Positions 9,959-21,667 of a stretch of DNA of 63,638 nucleotides are shown in pieces. Positions within the stretch are counted from its first letter, which is position 1. Each line of letters opens with the position of its first letter. This DNA comes from Promethearchaeota archaeon (GTDB lineage Archaea > Asgardarchaeota > Lokiarchaeia > Sigyniarchaeales > SOKP01), in assembly GCA_013375475.1 (NCBI GenBank), contig JABXKD010000010.1, forward strand, positions 1 to 63,638, written 5' to 3'. The translations under genes and the position numbers were made by a program. Under the pieces are notes generated by a model. It did not search any database and had not been told where the DNA came from. It saw only the letters and a list, made by a program, of their open reading frames with translations.

Positions 9959-12184
9959 ATGTCATCTAAAGAAAACGAAGAAAGTGATTTTAGTAGCAAA
10001 ATTATTGCTTTACGGGTCCAGGAAGCAAAAAAAAGGGATATAGGGCGAAATATTGCTAGAATTGATCAAGACACTATGGAGGAGCTAGATATTAAAACTG
10101 GGGATGTCATAGCTCTTACTGGAAAGAAGGAGAGTGCAGGGATTGCTTGGCCAAGTTATCCTCAAGATAGTGGATTAGGAATAATTCGAATCGATTCTAG
10201 GTTGAAAAAAAATACAGGATCAAGTATTGACGAAACGATACAAATAAGGAAAGTAAATGCACAACCCGCTCAAACTATAGTTTTAGCACCGATAAGCGTA
10301 AAAATAAAATCAAATCCTCGATTTGAAACTTTCGTTAAGCGAAAGTTACACAACTATCCCGTGACAATTGACGATTTTATATATATATCTATTGGTATTA
10401 GTAGAGAGATCATGTTTAAGGTTATAAATATAAGACCTAACGGAGTGTGTATAATTAAACCGGAAACAGCCTTACATATCAGTGAAAATATTACTGAAGA
10501 TGAAGAAAAAGGGGCAGATTATGTTACATACGAGGATGTTGGTGGTTTAGATCGAGAAATACAAAGAGTTAGAGAAATGGTTGAACTTCCACTTAGACAT
10601 CCCTCTTTATTTAAACGATTAGGTATTGATCCTCCGAAGGGAGTATTATTAAGGGGCCCTCCAGGATGCGGAAAAACTCTTTTAGCTAAAGCTGTTGCTA
10701 ACGAAAGTGAAGCATATTTCATTTCAATAAATGGTCCAGAAATTATGAGCAAATTTTATGGCGAATCTGAGAAAAAACTTAGAAATATTTTCATAGAAGC
10801 TGAGGAAAAGAGCCCATCTATTATATTTATCGATGAAATCGATGCTATTGCCCCAAAAAGAGAGACTGTAACTGGAGAAGTGGAACGGAGAGTTGTTGCT
10901 CAACTTTTAGCTCTGATGGATGGATTGCATAGTAGAGGTAAAGTAATCGTTATAGGCGCTACAAATAGACCTAATAGCTTAGATCCGGCGTTAAGGCGTC
11001 CAGGTAGATTCGATCGCGAAATAGAGATAAAAGTACCTAACGAGAAAGGGAGAAGAGAAGTTTTTCAGATTCATACTAGGAACATGCCTCTCGACAAAAA
11101 AATATCGTTAAAAGAGTTTGCTAACATCACTCATGGGTTTGTAGGAGCAGATATTTCTGCAGTCTGTCGGGAAGCGGCAATGTCAGCGCTTAGAAGATAT
11201 CTCCCACAAATTGATCTAGAATCTGATATTATTGATCCCGAATTGTTAGAACAGATCGAAGTTACTCAAGCTGATTTTGAAGAGGCTTTAAAGGAAGTAA
11301 TGCCTTCAGGAATAAGAGAAGTGTTTGTAGAAATACCAAACGTTACCTGGGATCAGATAGGCGGATTGGAAGATTTGAAGCAAAAATTAATAGAATCTGT
11401 AGACTGGCCATTGTCACATCCAAACATTTTTAAGCGTATGGGGATAAGTCCTCCTAGAGGGATTTTACTATACGGTCCACCCGGATGTGGTAAAACACTC
11501 TTAGCTCGAGCAGTAGCTCATGAAAGCAAAGCTAATTTTATATCCATTAAAGGTCCCGAATTATTATCTAAATATGTTGGAGAAAGTGAAAAAGCAATTC
11601 GTGAAGTTTTTCGAAAAGCGAAAATGGCTGCACCTTGTATAATATTTTTTGATGAATTTGATTCTATAGCTCCAAGTAGAGGTAGACACACAACTGATTC
11701 AGGTGTTTCAGAAAAAGTTCTCTCACAATTCTTAACTGAACTGGATGGATTAGAAGTAAAGAAAGATATAATAGTGATTGCTGCTACTAATCGCCCTGAC
11801 ATTTTAGACCCCGCTTTAATAAGACCTGGAAGGATCGATAGAATTTTACTAGTTCCTGCTCCTGATGAAAAAGGAAGAGAAAAAATATTGAATATTTTTA
11901 CAAAAGACATGCCACTAACGAGCAACATAGATTTAAATAAATTAAACGAGAAGTTAGTGGGTTACTCTGGAGCAGATGTTGAAACTTTATGTCGTGAAGC
12001 AGGCATGATCGCGTTAAGAGAAAACATGAGGGCAAGAAAAATTTCGAAAATCCATTTTGAATTGGCAATAGAATCAACTAACCCAAGCATTACTCCAGAA
12101 ACGATTAAATTTTATGAAAGTTTTGGAAAAAGACTAAAAAGTCTAATCATGGAACAAACAAAGGAAGATCGAATGATTATCTAA
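9959..12184 (+). CDS. cdc48: CDC48/VCP AAA+ ATPase
   Basis: N-domain plus two AAA modules (GPPGCGKT x2, IDEID/FDEFD, RPGRFD/RPGRID). Confidence 0.98.
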   Translation: MSSKENEESDFSSKIIALRVQEAKKRDIGRNIARIDQDTMEELDIKTGDVIALTGKKESAGIAWPSYPQDSGLGIIRIDSRLKKNTGSSIDETIQIRKVNAQPAQTIVLAPISVKIKSNPRFETFVKRKLHNYPVTIDDFIYISIGISREIMFKVINIRPNGVCIIKPETALHISENITEDEEKGADYVTYEDVGGLDREIQRVREMVELPLRHPSLFKRLGIDPPKGVLLRGPPGCGKTLLAKAVANESEAYFISINGPEIMSKFYGESEKKLRNIFIEAEEKSPSIIFIDEIDAIAPKRETVTGEVERRVVAQLLALMDGLHSRGKVIVIGATNRPNSLDPALRRPGRFDREIEIKVPNEKGRREVFQIHTRNMPLDKKISLKEFANITHGFVGADISAVCREAAMSALRRYLPQIDLESDIIDPELLEQIEVTQADFEEALKEVMPSGIREVFVEIPNVTWDQIGGLEDLKQKLIESVDWPLSHPNIFKRMGISPPRGILLYGPPGCGKTLLARAVAHESKANFISIKGPELLSKYVGESEKAIREVFRKAKMAAPCIIFFDEFDSIAPSRGRHTTDSGVSEKVLSQFLTELDGLEVKKDIIVIAATNRPDILDPALIRPGRIDRILLVPAPDEKGREKILNIFTKDMPLTSNIDLNKLNEKLVGYSGADVETLCREAGMIALRENMRARKISKIHFELAIESTNPSITPETIKFYESFGKRLKSLIMEQTKEDRMII

Positions 12185-12267
12185 TATTCACAAAGTTAAT
12201 TTGGGAGAATAAATTTCTATTTAATGAATTTAATTTTTAACTTTTTATAAATATAAGGTGAACAATT

Positions 12268-12540
12268 ATCGAATCACAAAGATGGAACCAAAAACCCGTA
12301 GTTAATTTATTAATCGACATACTAATTAAAAATAAGGGAGAAATATTAGATAAACGATTGGAAGAACTACTCAAGAAGGAATTCTCTTTTATTAATCCAA
12401 TAATGTTGGAAGAATTACTTATGAAGTTAGAAAGCCGAAGCATAATTAATGTTTTCCGAGTCTCAAAAACTAAGAAAATGATTGTCCTTAACAAAAGAAA
12501 TCAACATATTAAAAGCCAAATTATGGAAGAGTTAAACTGA
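12268..12540 (+). CDS. Small winged-helix-like protein; start likely ATT 12265 or ATC 12268, upstream of the ORF-track TTG
   Basis: Frame open from 12262: IIESQRWNQKPVVNLLIDILIKNKGEILDKRLEELLK...LEELLMKLESRSIINV; AGGTGA SD at 12256-12261. Confidence 0.6.
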   Translation: MESQRWNQKPVVNLLIDILIKNKGEILDKRLEELLKKEFSFINPIMLEELLMKLESRSIINVFRVSKTKKMIVLNKRNQHIKSQIMEELN

Positions 12541-14058
12541 TTGGAGCTTTTTCCAATTTACACATTCTTGCGATAAAGATATATTTTCAGATTGAGATTT
12601 AAATTTCCTTTCCCTTATATCTACAAAAATTGGGTAATTTACAGCATTTCCCATCAATAACATTTCTCCCACCCCTAAACTCGAGATCATATCGGCATAA
12701 TCCTTAGTGATTGTTTCTGAGCTATCCATTAAGTGCTTTAAATCATAGGGATTTTTAATGTTGAGAATTAACTTTGCGTTTGTTTGAGATAGTGCAGTAG
12801 TACTTAGCTTTTTAGGTCTTTGACTAATTAAACATAAACAAGCCATAAATTTTCTTCCCTCTCTAGCGATTGTTTCAATAATATATTTTGATAATGCTTT
12901 AGAATGAGCTGCTTCAGGACAAAACTGATGCGCTTCTTCTATAATTAATAAAAATGGGGGAATTTCGTTTTTTCTTCTCAAATAAAACAGCTGATTACAT
13001 ATATAGTCAACAATAATTTGTTTTTTACGAATTGATATTTCATTCTGAAGGTTAAAGATAGAAATTTCACCCTGATTTATGACATTTTTTATAACTGGAT
13101 TTTCTTGAGGCCCAAAAAGATTTAGTCGTTCTAGTTCAGACAACCATCCGATTAAAGCTTGTTTTGTGCTTTTCCCGCCCTCTGGTTCTTCTTCAATTAA
13201 GTCTATAATGCTATTTAGAGTATATTTATTTTTTGTTTCATCCTTATTTCTTAATTTTTTAATATATTTAGATAACTCTCTTATCTGAACATTAGAAATC
13301 TGTTCTTGATATTTTTTATACGCAAAAGCGTTCAATTTGGGAACTGAAATTTGAAAATATGTAGTATCAATAACTTTAACTTTATTTTTTAATTGAGGAG
13401 TATTATTTAGATATTGATATTCTCCGTGTACATCAATCAAAATAATAGCCGGAGTCCCAGAAGATTTTTCTCGCATAAGTAACTCTTCAATAATAATGGA
13501 TGTAAGATAACTTTTACCTCCTCCTGAAATTGAAAGAATTGCAAAATGTTTATTTAATAATCGATCCATACTAATATAAGCATCAATATTTGATACCTTT
13601 ATTTTACCCAAATTTAATCCTTGTATTTGATCAAGGCCTACAAATCCCTTGAGAATTTCTTCGTCAACCAAATATACTTCTTTACCTGGACTTGCAGGAT
13701 ACATCATCCTCTTAATAGATTTTATTTTAGTTTCACAAGATTCCTTGAAATCTATAATCCCTAAATTCCTTACGATAGCAACCGCATATTCAAAATCATC
13801 ACTCGGAAATAAACCCTTAAGAATATTTGGATTATTTTCGTTATTATAAGCTTTAATTGTTAAGGCATCCGAAAAATATTCGTTTAACAATACGATTTTC
13901 TCAACTATGCCAATTAAATATCCTTCATCTGATTTTGTTGACACAAATATACCCTTTTTAACAAAAATCCCGTCAGTTCGTTTATTTATTACAAACGGAT
14001 ATTTTGAAACATCAGGTAATTGAAGAAAATTAAAAACAATACCAAGCTTAATGGACAT
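12532..14058 (-). CDS. HerA/FtsK-like ATPase (DUF87)
   Basis: HAS-barrel-like N-terminus, HFAILSISGGGKS, IDVHGEY, IIEEAHQF, IAREGRKF, SQRP. Confidence 0.92.
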   Translation of the reverse strand: MSIKLGIVFNFLQLPDVSKYPFVINKRTDGIFVKKGIFVSTKSDEGYLIGIVEKIVLLNEYFSDALTIKAYNNENNPNILKGLFPSDDFEYAVAIVRNLGIIDFKESCETKIKSIKRMMYPASPGKEVYLVDEEILKGFVGLDQIQGLNLGKIKVSNIDAYISMDRLLNKHFAILSISGGGKSYLTSIIIEELLMREKSSGTPAIILIDVHGEYQYLNNTPQLKNKVKVIDTTYFQISVPKLNAFAYKKYQEQISNVQIRELSKYIKKLRNKDETKNKYTLNSIIDLIEEEPEGGKSTKQALIGWLSELERLNLFGPQENPVIKNVINQGEISIFNLQNEISIRKKQIIVDYICNQLFYLRRKNEIPPFLLIIEEAHQFCPEAAHSKALSKYIIETIAREGRKFMACLCLISQRPKKLSTTALSQTNAKLILNIKNPYDLKHLMDSSETITKDYADMISSLGVGEMLLMGNAVNYPIFVDIRERKFKSQSENISLSQECVNWKKLQSV

Positions 14059-14167
14059 TGATTTAGGTAAGAATAAAAATTATTAAAAAGAAGATAAGTG
14101 GGAGAATTTACTGATTTAAATAGGAGGTAATTTAGAAAAAAAATAAAGTTGGAAAAAAAATTATACT

Positions 14168-14776
14168 CTATTTTTCCAATTTTCCCATTACTCTTAAAAT
14201 TACATAGTATCCATTTTTCCAGAAGTAGATCATAAATAGAGTGATTGCTAAAATTGCAAACAAAGATATTCCTGTGAACAAAATCCAATTTCCAGTTGAA
14301 AAAGAGGCTAGAAGCTCAGAAAATGGTGTACTTTGGCTTTGACCAAGTAAAATTTCTTGGATTATAGAGATTACGATACCTATAATAATTGCCATTATAC
14401 TAATTAACAAGCCCCCAGCAGCGATTTTGACATCTATGCGATTTTTATATTTTTCCTCAATTTCTCTTACATTGAAAATGAAGTGTAAAACCCATTTCCT
14501 TCCTTTTTTGAACAATCCGAAGAAAAATATTAAGAGAAAAAACAACCCTGCTAAAATTCCAGCGATTATTGAGATTTGGTATCCCAAAGATAACCCTATG
14601 AAGGATTCTAACTTTCCCGTTGGCATTATAAAATCAAATATTGACCAGATACCTCCAGTAATGCAAATTAAGCAAGATATAACGATAATAATATAAAATA
14701 AATCTCCTACTACTCTTTGTTTTGATGGGTAAACTTCGTCAGAACTTGAATATGATTCTTCCATTTTTTTGACCAA
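14168..14776 (-). CDS. Hypothetical 4-TM membrane protein with internal two-fold repeat
   Basis: Two pairs of hydrophobic helices ending FKKGRKWVL and WKNGYYVIL. Confidence 0.75.
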   Translation of the reverse strand: MVKKMEESYSSSDEVYPSKQRVVGDLFYIIIVISCLICITGGIWSIFDFIMPTGKLESFIGLSLGYQISIIAGILAGLFFLLIFFFGLFKKGRKWVLHFIFNVREIEEKYKNRIDVKIAAGGLLISIMAIIIGIVISIIQEILLGQSQSTPFSELLASFSTGNWILFTGISLFAILAITLFMIYFWKNGYYVILRVMGKLEK

Positions 14777-14867
14777 TCTATTTTATTTAAAAAATCTATA
14801 ACATTCTAAATATATAAAATTGAGTATTATGGCTAAAATTAAAAAAAAACGTAAATAAATAAATGAT

Positions 14868-16406
14868 CTAATCAGATCTATTATTCTGCAGTGTATCGAT
14901 GTAATTTTTGTGAAAACTCTTTTCATTAAGGATTGAATATAACTCTTTCGATAAACTGTATATTTTCCTATAAGTTTTCTGCCGAGTTATATCAGGATTC
15001 CATTTTTTATCCACTTTACAAATATTCTCAGCAGCGCTAACTACATCTGAAAATAGCCCTGCACCCGTTGCTGCTAAAATTGCCGCTCCTAAAGATGTTG
15101 CTTCCTCAATTACATTTCTGACACAAGTCATTCCTAAAACATCAGAATAAATTTGATTCCAAAAATCTGAACGAGAACTTCCTCCAGTAAGATTTAATTC
15201 TTTTGGTTCTATTCCTAATTCGCTAAAAACTTCGATATTTTTTTTAACTTCAAAAGCTACTCCTTCTAGAATAGAACGGACGATGTCTCTTCTTTTATGA
15301 CCTAAAGATAAACCATAAATCAAACCTCTCGCGTACGGATTCCAATGCGGCGCCCCAGCGCCAACTAAATGTGGAATTACTAATAACTTGTTAGCACCGA
15401 TAGGTGATTTTTCAGCCTCTTCCGTCAAAATTTCGTAGGGATCTTGATTTTGCTTTTTCGCTATTCTGCATTCTTCTGTTCCTAACTCGTCCCTAAACCA
15501 TCTTAAAATTGCGCCAGTAGTGAAAATACTTGCTTCTTGAACCCACACGCCCGGGATTGCGTGACAACTACATAATACTCGCTTCTCTGGATCAAAATTA
15601 GGTTTTTCCAGATAAGCTAACAAAAAACTTCCAGTTCCCGTCGTTAATTTTACCTTACCTGGAGAAACAACTCCTACTCCCAACGCTGCTGATTGTTGGT
15701 CTCCTGCTCCTGAAACAACTAACGTTTTTTTATCAAATAAAATTTCTTCAGTATTAATTTCTCCTATCTCAACTCCACTCTCGACCGTCTCTGGCATCTT
15801 ATCCAAATCTATTTCTAATTCGGAGGCGATGTCTTCGGAGTACTTGAAATTGTTAATATCAAATAACATTGTTCTCGAAGCATTAGAATGATCCGTATAA
15901 AATTTCCCTGTCAGTTTATAAATTATATAATCCGAAACTAGCAGGAATTTGTGCGTTTTTTGATAAATCTCCGGTTTCTCATCTTTAAACCAAAGAATTT
16001 TGGTTGCTGAAAAATAAGGATCTATTGTTAATCCTGTAGTTCGATAAATTCTATCTATACCGATTTTACTTTTTATATAATCTACCTGGTTTGTGGTGCG
16101 TCTATCTTGCCAGACTAATGCGTTATGTAGTGGTTTGCCTGTTATGTCAACTGGTACAATAGTTTCTCGCTGATTTGTTACAGAAAGACTCACTATTTCC
16201 GATCTATCTATTCCACTCCTTTTTATAGCAATTTCAGTAGTTTTTTTAATAGAATCCCACCACAAATTTGCATCTTGTTCTACATATGATGGTTGGGGAT
16301 AAAAACTCTCCCACTCTTGATAAGCGCTTGATATAATTGATCCTGCTAAATCATAAATATATGTTCTACATCCTGTAGTTCCAAGGTCAAGTGCAGCAAC
16401 AAACAT
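14868..16406 (-). CDS. FGGY-family kinase (xylulokinase/glycerol kinase-like)
   Basis: LDLGTTGCR, TNQRET, WQDRR, TDHSNASRT, GAGDQQ, TGTG. Confidence 0.93.
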   Translation of the reverse strand: MFVAALDLGTTGCRTYIYDLAGSIISSAYQEWESFYPQPSYVEQDANLWWDSIKKTTEIAIKRSGIDRSEIVSLSVTNQRETIVPVDITGKPLHNALVWQDRRTTNQVDYIKSKIGIDRIYRTTGLTIDPYFSATKILWFKDEKPEIYQKTHKFLLVSDYIIYKLTGKFYTDHSNASRTMLFDINNFKYSEDIASELEIDLDKMPETVESGVEIGEINTEEILFDKKTLVVSGAGDQQSAALGVGVVSPGKVKLTTGTGSFLLAYLEKPNFDPEKRVLCSCHAIPGVWVQEASIFTTGAILRWFRDELGTEECRIAKKQNQDPYEILTEEAEKSPIGANKLLVIPHLVGAGAPHWNPYARGLIYGLSLGHKRRDIVRSILEGVAFEVKKNIEVFSELGIEPKELNLTGGSSRSDFWNQIYSDVLGMTCVRNVIEEATSLGAAILAATGAGLFSDVVSAAENICKVDKKWNPDITRQKTYRKIYSLSKELYSILNEKSFHKNYIDTLQNNRSD

Positions 16407-16504
16407 GATTGATAACTTTCTTCAACTTTTTATTTTAAGTGATAAGTTAAAGATGGGATCATAAAATAAAAAATATTATTAAACACTTTAATGAAAAAAT
16501 AGCC

Positions 16505-17182
16505 CTATTTAACTCTTTTAAACCCACATCTTTGACAGACTAGTCCAACTTCATGAGTATAAACTTCTTTTAGTGGACCATTACAGTTTGGACATTTAAC
16601 ATCAAATGTTGGAAACCACTGTCCCTTGATGTTAGGCATTTGCTTTAAAGTATTAACAAATTGCAAGCTTTCTAAATCCTTTTCGTTGATTTGTAACATC
16701 TGCTGTTCTTCGGCGATAGATTTTCCTTTTGGTGCTAAAACCATTAAAAAGTTCATTTTTTTTGGATCATTTAGCAGTGACAATGTTCGTAATATGGCTT
16801 CCTCTTTATATTGCTCAAATAGTTTAGCTAGTTCTGGAGGAGCTAATGCTACTAATATTGCTTGAGAATTTTTAATTTCTTTTTTAACCTTCTGAATGAG
16901 AAATTGGAAAATTCTTCCGTCACGGTCCATAGCCCATATAAAATTCCATGGTATTATGTCATAATCCTCCTTATCAGGACCAACTATTCTTTTAATGGAT
17001 TCAACCCATGAATAATGTTTGAACTTATATAAATTGGAAAGTAAATCATCAAAGAATCCCAGTTCAATTACGGGAAATGATTTAATAATATTTTTCAGTG
17101 ATAACAATTTAACTTCGGTTAAAATTTGGGAGTTAAGATTTTCCCACGGTGTATAAGTGAAAACTGAAAAGAAATTGCTCAT
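16505..17182 (-). CDS. Hypothetical protein with C-terminal Zn ribbon
   Basis: 225 aa; CPNC...CQRCG at the C-terminus. Confidence 0.75.
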   Translation of the reverse strand: MSNFFSVFTYTPWENLNSQILTEVKLLSLKNIIKSFPVIELGFFDDLLSNLYKFKHYSWVESIKRIVGPDKEDYDIIPWNFIWAMDRDGRIFQFLIQKVKKEIKNSQAILVALAPPELAKLFEQYKEEAILRTLSLLNDPKKMNFLMVLAPKGKSIAEEQQMLQINEKDLESLQFVNTLKQMPNIKGQWFPTFDVKCPNCNGPLKEVYTHEVGLVCQRCGFKRVK

Positions 17183-17313
17183 AGTCTTTTAAATCTAATA
17201 TAAAGTATCCTTTTAATTTTTCTATTTAAGATAAAATAATGGTTTAAATTATAAAAATAAGATTTAAGAAATATTGTGTTATACTTTTATTAAATAGTAA
17301 ACGAGATTATTAA

Positions 17314-18465
17314 ATGAATGGAATATGGGACATAAAAGCTGATGCAATAAAGAAAGGAGACAAACTTAGGGATGTTTCACATCTTTTGGATAAAACTCTA
17401 AAAGACGAAAAGGGTTATACTCATTACATCTTTAATAAAGCTAATTTTCATAATCCTTGGTACGATATACCAGAAAACGATTTCGAATTGTTTGAAAACT
17501 TTATTGAAGGAGGATCTAGAGCGTATCCTTCCGATGGTAGTATACCTTGTGATATAGTGGCGCGTGAAGCAAGAAAAGTTCTCAAGAAAATCGAACTGTG
17601 TTCCCAAGATCCTAATCACCATTATTGTGAAGATGCTCGTGAAGTATTAAAAAATGGGAAATTTTCATTAGTTAGAGGCACATTAAAACTCTATTTAGGA
17701 AAATATACAACCCGGGATTGGAGAAGGAAAAGATTTACAGACGATATCGATTTTTGGATGTTTCAAACTAACTTATTGGACTCTTCTTTGAAGGAGTGTA
17801 GTTTTGTAAAAGATAAAGAAACAGGAGAATGGGAAAAAACTGTAGAATGGAATAAATTTGAAACTAAAGAAAATAGACGCGAAACTCTTTTTGCTGCAAA
17901 TAACCTTAATCAGTTACTCGATTTTGGTGCTGGAAGCTATCTCACTGGTTCAAGTCTAAAAGAAATTTTTGATAAAAAAATTAAAAGAGGTCACGATGTA
18001 GATTTAAGCGATATAATTAATGTAGCAATGGTGAACAATGGTGTTGATGGTATACACAAGGATGAGTGGTTAGACGCATGGAACTCTTTTGAACAGGCGG
18101 CTAATACACGAAGCACTAGCACTACATCTAATTTAATAAGTATTTGCCGTTATTCTTTTGCTATTGCAGACCATCTTGAAAAAGTCGGCGAAGCTATTAG
18201 AAAGTATAAAGATCAAATTTTTGACAAATCTAAATACCCAGAAGAGAAAATAAAATCACTCTGTAGTGTCTCTACTCATTGGCAAAAATTTTATGATGCT
18301 AATGGAGCAGATGAAACTAGAAAGGTTATTCATGGTTTTTACGATGAACAAGCAGAAGAAAAACCATTGCATGCACAAAATCTAAAAACATTTGCACAAA
18401 ATATACTAAAATTACTTAATTCCAAATACGATTATCTTAAGGTTACATTCGAAATTGAGCTTTAA
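17314..18465 (+). CDS. Hypothetical protein, possible AbiEii/DUF2204-like nucleotidyltransferase
   Basis: 'LVRGTLKLYL...RFTDDIDF' and 'KKIKRGHDVDLSDI' resemble the G-x(n)-R-x-T-x-D-I-D and K...D..D motifs. Confidence 0.5.
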   Translation: MNGIWDIKADAIKKGDKLRDVSHLLDKTLKDEKGYTHYIFNKANFHNPWYDIPENDFELFENFIEGGSRAYPSDGSIPCDIVAREARKVLKKIELCSQDPNHHYCEDAREVLKNGKFSLVRGTLKLYLGKYTTRDWRRKRFTDDIDFWMFQTNLLDSSLKECSFVKDKETGEWEKTVEWNKFETKENRRETLFAANNLNQLLDFGAGSYLTGSSLKEIFDKKIKRGHDVDLSDIINVAMVNNGVDGIHKDEWLDAWNSFEQAANTRSTSTTSNLISICRYSFAIADHLEKVGEAIRKYKDQIFDKSKYPEEKIKSLCSVSTHWQKFYDANGADETRKVIHGFYDEQAEEKPLHAQNLKTFAQNILKLLNSKYDYLKVTFEIEL

Positions 18466-18517
18466 TTTTCAAATTATAAAATAAAAATTTAATAATTTGC
18501 GTTTTAATTTTTCAATC

Positions 18518-18814
18518 ATGACTCAATTTAAGATTGTAATTAAAAAAAGTTGCTTTTTCTGTGAAATGTTATTGACTTGGCTCAAGGATAAAAATATTGA
18601 TTATAAAGTTTTAGACTACCAAGATCCTAAAGATTTTGACGATCCTTTAATGAAAAATCCAACATTTAATAGTCTATATTGCGACATGAGTGCTTGTGTT
18701 GAAAGTTTACCACTAATAGTAAAGAATGATGAAGAGTTCTTCTACAGCGAAATTTGGGACCTAGTTAACAACACGATAGTAGAAGAAAAAGCTAAAAAGG
18801 TTTTTGAAATTTAA
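18518..18814 (+). CDS. Glutaredoxin-like protein
   Basis: CFFC motif near the N-terminus, 'SLPLI' cis-Pro-like motif; ATG 18518 preferred over TTG 18497. Confidence 0.75.
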   Translation: MTQFKIVIKKSCFFCEMLLTWLKDKNIDYKVLDYQDPKDFDDPLMKNPTFNSLYCDMSACVESLPLIVKNDEEFFYSEIWDLVNNTIVEEKAKKVFEI

Positions 18815-18960
18815 TAGGATTTATTTATTCTAAGAGTTCGTGAAACTGAACTTTTACGATCTTTAATAGATCCCTTGATATTATTTCGGTATAATTCTTT
18901 GTATTACCAGAACAACTTTAAAAAAGGGGTAAAAAGAAATCACAATTAGTTGAAAGTAAA

Positions 18961-20229
18961 TTATTCACTTTCTTCTTTCAATTCTATACCTATTTCTTCA
19001 GCTGAAATATTAGTTTTCTTAGCAAGCCGTTCTTTTGTAACCTGATGTAGTAACCAAAATCCAATTATAGCAATTAGGCTTAAAATTCCCGCAAAATACC
19101 ATACCCACTTCGGTTCAATATAAAAATAGACAAAACTAGCAGCTGAAACTCCAAATAATGTTGGTATTGACCAATGGAAGCCATATACTGCCATATATCG
19201 CCCTCGTTTATCTTCAGTGGCAAAAATTGCAACGGTAGCTTGTGATACAGGTATTACAATCATTTCCCCCGCTGTCAGAATAGCCATAGCTACGAAAAAC
19301 AAGTATGGTTCGGAGATAAAACCATACATCCCAAACCCAATCATATAAAGAAGTGTACCAAAAGCCATCATTTTCATGGGTGCAAACTTTGAAGTCAATC
19401 TAGTTATCGGGAACTGAAAAATTACTACCATCAAAGCATTCATGGCTAACAACACGCCAAACCACTCTAATGGAAACTCGTAAACTTCCCATAAAAATAC
19501 CGATAACGTACTATTCAATTGCATGTAAACTAACACCGTTAAAGCAGACACAGCAAGAAAAATTATATAAACTGAATCTTTTAATACTTCTTTATATCCA
19601 ATGAGTGTAGTGATGATCGACTCTTCTGGTTTGCCATCTTGTTTTTCCGGGTTTGTTTCTGGAATGACAAGAAATACAATTAAAGCGGTAATTAAGCTAC
19701 TCACTGCATCTGCTATAAATACGAACAAAAAAGAACGGGTTACTAACCATCCCCCAAGAATCGGACCTATTGTTGCTGCAAGATTTACAGCTACTCGCAA
19801 TATTCCAAATCCATCAGCTCTTGTATCTTCTGGAAGCAAATCTACCACCATTGCTTGCCGTGCTGGGCCTCCTAAATCGCCTAATACGCCTAAAACTGCT
19901 GCTATTAGAAAAAAAAGATATAGATCGTCAACTATTCCCATTAAGATACTTCCAATTCCACTTGAAATTTAACCAAAAAGTAGCATTGACCGACGACCAT
20001 ATTTATCAGTTAACGCACCTCCTATCGTACTACCAATTATGCTTCCACCAGCAAATATCGCAAATAAAAAACCTACCTCAACTATTGTCACATTAAAATG
20101 ATCGATAAGATACACTGAAAAAAAGGGAAATAATAAGAAACCTCCTACTCTATCAATGAAAGTGGCTAGAACCAACACTTTAAATGGATTTGGGTACTTT
20201 TTCTTCCCCTTTTTACCTTCTGTAACCAT
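18961..20229 (-). pseudogene. MFS transporter (MdtH/YajR-like) interrupted by a single in-frame TAA
   Basis: ORFs 19969-20229 and 18961-19941 are in the same frame, joined by LFG*ISSGIGSILMG; motif A GGALTDKYGRR and RGRYMAVY present. Confidence 0.85.
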
Positions 20230-20396
20230 ATTATTAAACCGTTAAGTTGTTAAACAATATCGTTTGAGGATTTCTGGTTTTTAAAAATACCAAATTCCCT
20301 ATATGTTAATGATAGTTTCAATAATTGTAAACTAATAAATTTTAATCTATCTATTATTTTTATTGAGCATTAAAAAATATTAAGAGAGAATCAAAA

Positions 20397-21641
20397 ATGT
20401 TTGATTATTTAATAAGTGAAAATGCCAAAAAAATTAAAGAAGAGGTACGCTCATTTGTAAGAGACGATGTTCCTCACTCTTTAATTAAAAAAATGGATAA
20501 AGAAGAGATAAATTATCCCGTTGAGTTCTTACAGAAACTTGGTAAAAAAAATCTTATAGGATTGAGGTTTCCTAAAGAATTTGGTGGTCGAGGTTTAAAT
20601 TGGGAGTGTGAAGTCGTTGCTCTTGAAGAAGTAGGTGTATTAGGGAGCTCTTTACCGTGTTTATATTCTCTACCAATAATTACTGGAGAAGCCATGAATT
20701 TATTTGGTTCTGAGGATCAAAAATTAAATTACTTGAAACCAATGTGCGAAGGTAAAAAGTATACCGCAGAAGCGTTAACAGAACCAAGAGGCGGTTCTGA
20801 TTTTTTTGGCGCAACTTGCACAGCTGTTAAAGATGGCGATTATTATATACTGAATGGGGAGAAGCGTTTTGTTGTAGGGGCTGAGGGAGCAGATTTTTTT
20901 CTAGTTTATGCTAAAACCAATTTAGATCCTAAGTCTGATCCTCGGTCATCGTTGAGTTTATTTATCGTAGATCGTAGTAAGGGTGTCGAAACGGAATATA
21001 TATACGGCCTTCTAGGAACTAGAGGTGGTGGTGCTGGAAGACTCAAATTTGAAGATGTTCAAGTTCCTAAAGAAAATGTCATTATGGGGGAAGGGAAAGG
21101 AGGTGTAATCTTTTATCAAATGATGGTTCCTGAACGCCTCACAACCGCGTCAGGCTCGTTAGGATCAGCTAGAACTTGTCTTCATATTGCTACTAAATAC
21201 TCAACTAAAAGGAAAGCTTTTGGGCAGACAATAAAAGACTTTCAAGCCGTGAATTTTAAAATAGCTGATAGTATTACGCTTTTAGACGCTGCGAGATCAA
21301 TCGTTTTTAATACCGCTAAAACCATTGACGCAGGGGCACCTTCCGCTTTACAAAGAAGATTAGTTTCTGAATCTAAAAAATTCTCTACTAAATCCTGTTG
21401 GAAGGTTATTAATAACGCTATGCAAATAATGGGGGGAATTGGATATACTACGGTTTACCCCATTGAAAGAATACTTCGTGATTCAAGACTTGGAGAAATT
21501 TGGACTGGAACTTCGGAAATTATGAATTTAATTATACAACATGAATATTATAAAGAGATACTAAGTGAAAAATGGCTCGATCGAGATGTAGAAAAAGACG
21601 CTATTGATGCTGATCACGAGGAAGAAAAACACTACGGTTAA
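20397..21641 (+). CDS. Acyl-CoA dehydrogenase
   Basis: [39 protein letters not shown]. Confidence 0.96.
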   Translation: MFDYLISENAKKIKEEVRSFVRDDVPHSLIKKMDKEEINYPVEFLQKLGKKNLIGLRFPKEFGGRGLNWECEVVALEEVGVLGSSLPCLYSLPIITGEAMNLFGSEDQKLNYLKPMCEGKKYTAEALTEPRGGSDFFGATCTAVKDGDYYILNGEKRFVVGAEGADFFLVYAKTNLDPKSDPRSSLSLFIVDRSKGVETEYIYGLLGTRGGGAGRLKFEDVQVPKENVIMGEGKGGVIFYQMMVPERLTTASGSLGSARTCLHIATKYSTKRKAFGQTIKDFQAVNFKIADSITLLDAARSIVFNTAKTIDAGAPSALQRRLVSESKKFSTKSCWKVINNAMQIMGGIGYTTVYPIERILRDSRLGEIWTGTSEIMNLIIQHEYYKEILSEKWLDRDVEKDAIDADHEEEKHYG

Positions 21642-21667
21642 TAAAAAAGATTTAATTTATTTTTTAC

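Noticed and set aside
18830-18915. Small hairpins after the glutaredoxin-like gene as a possible SECIS or K-loop
   Set aside because: No in-frame TGA in neighbouring genes; stems are short and compatible with terminators between convergent genes
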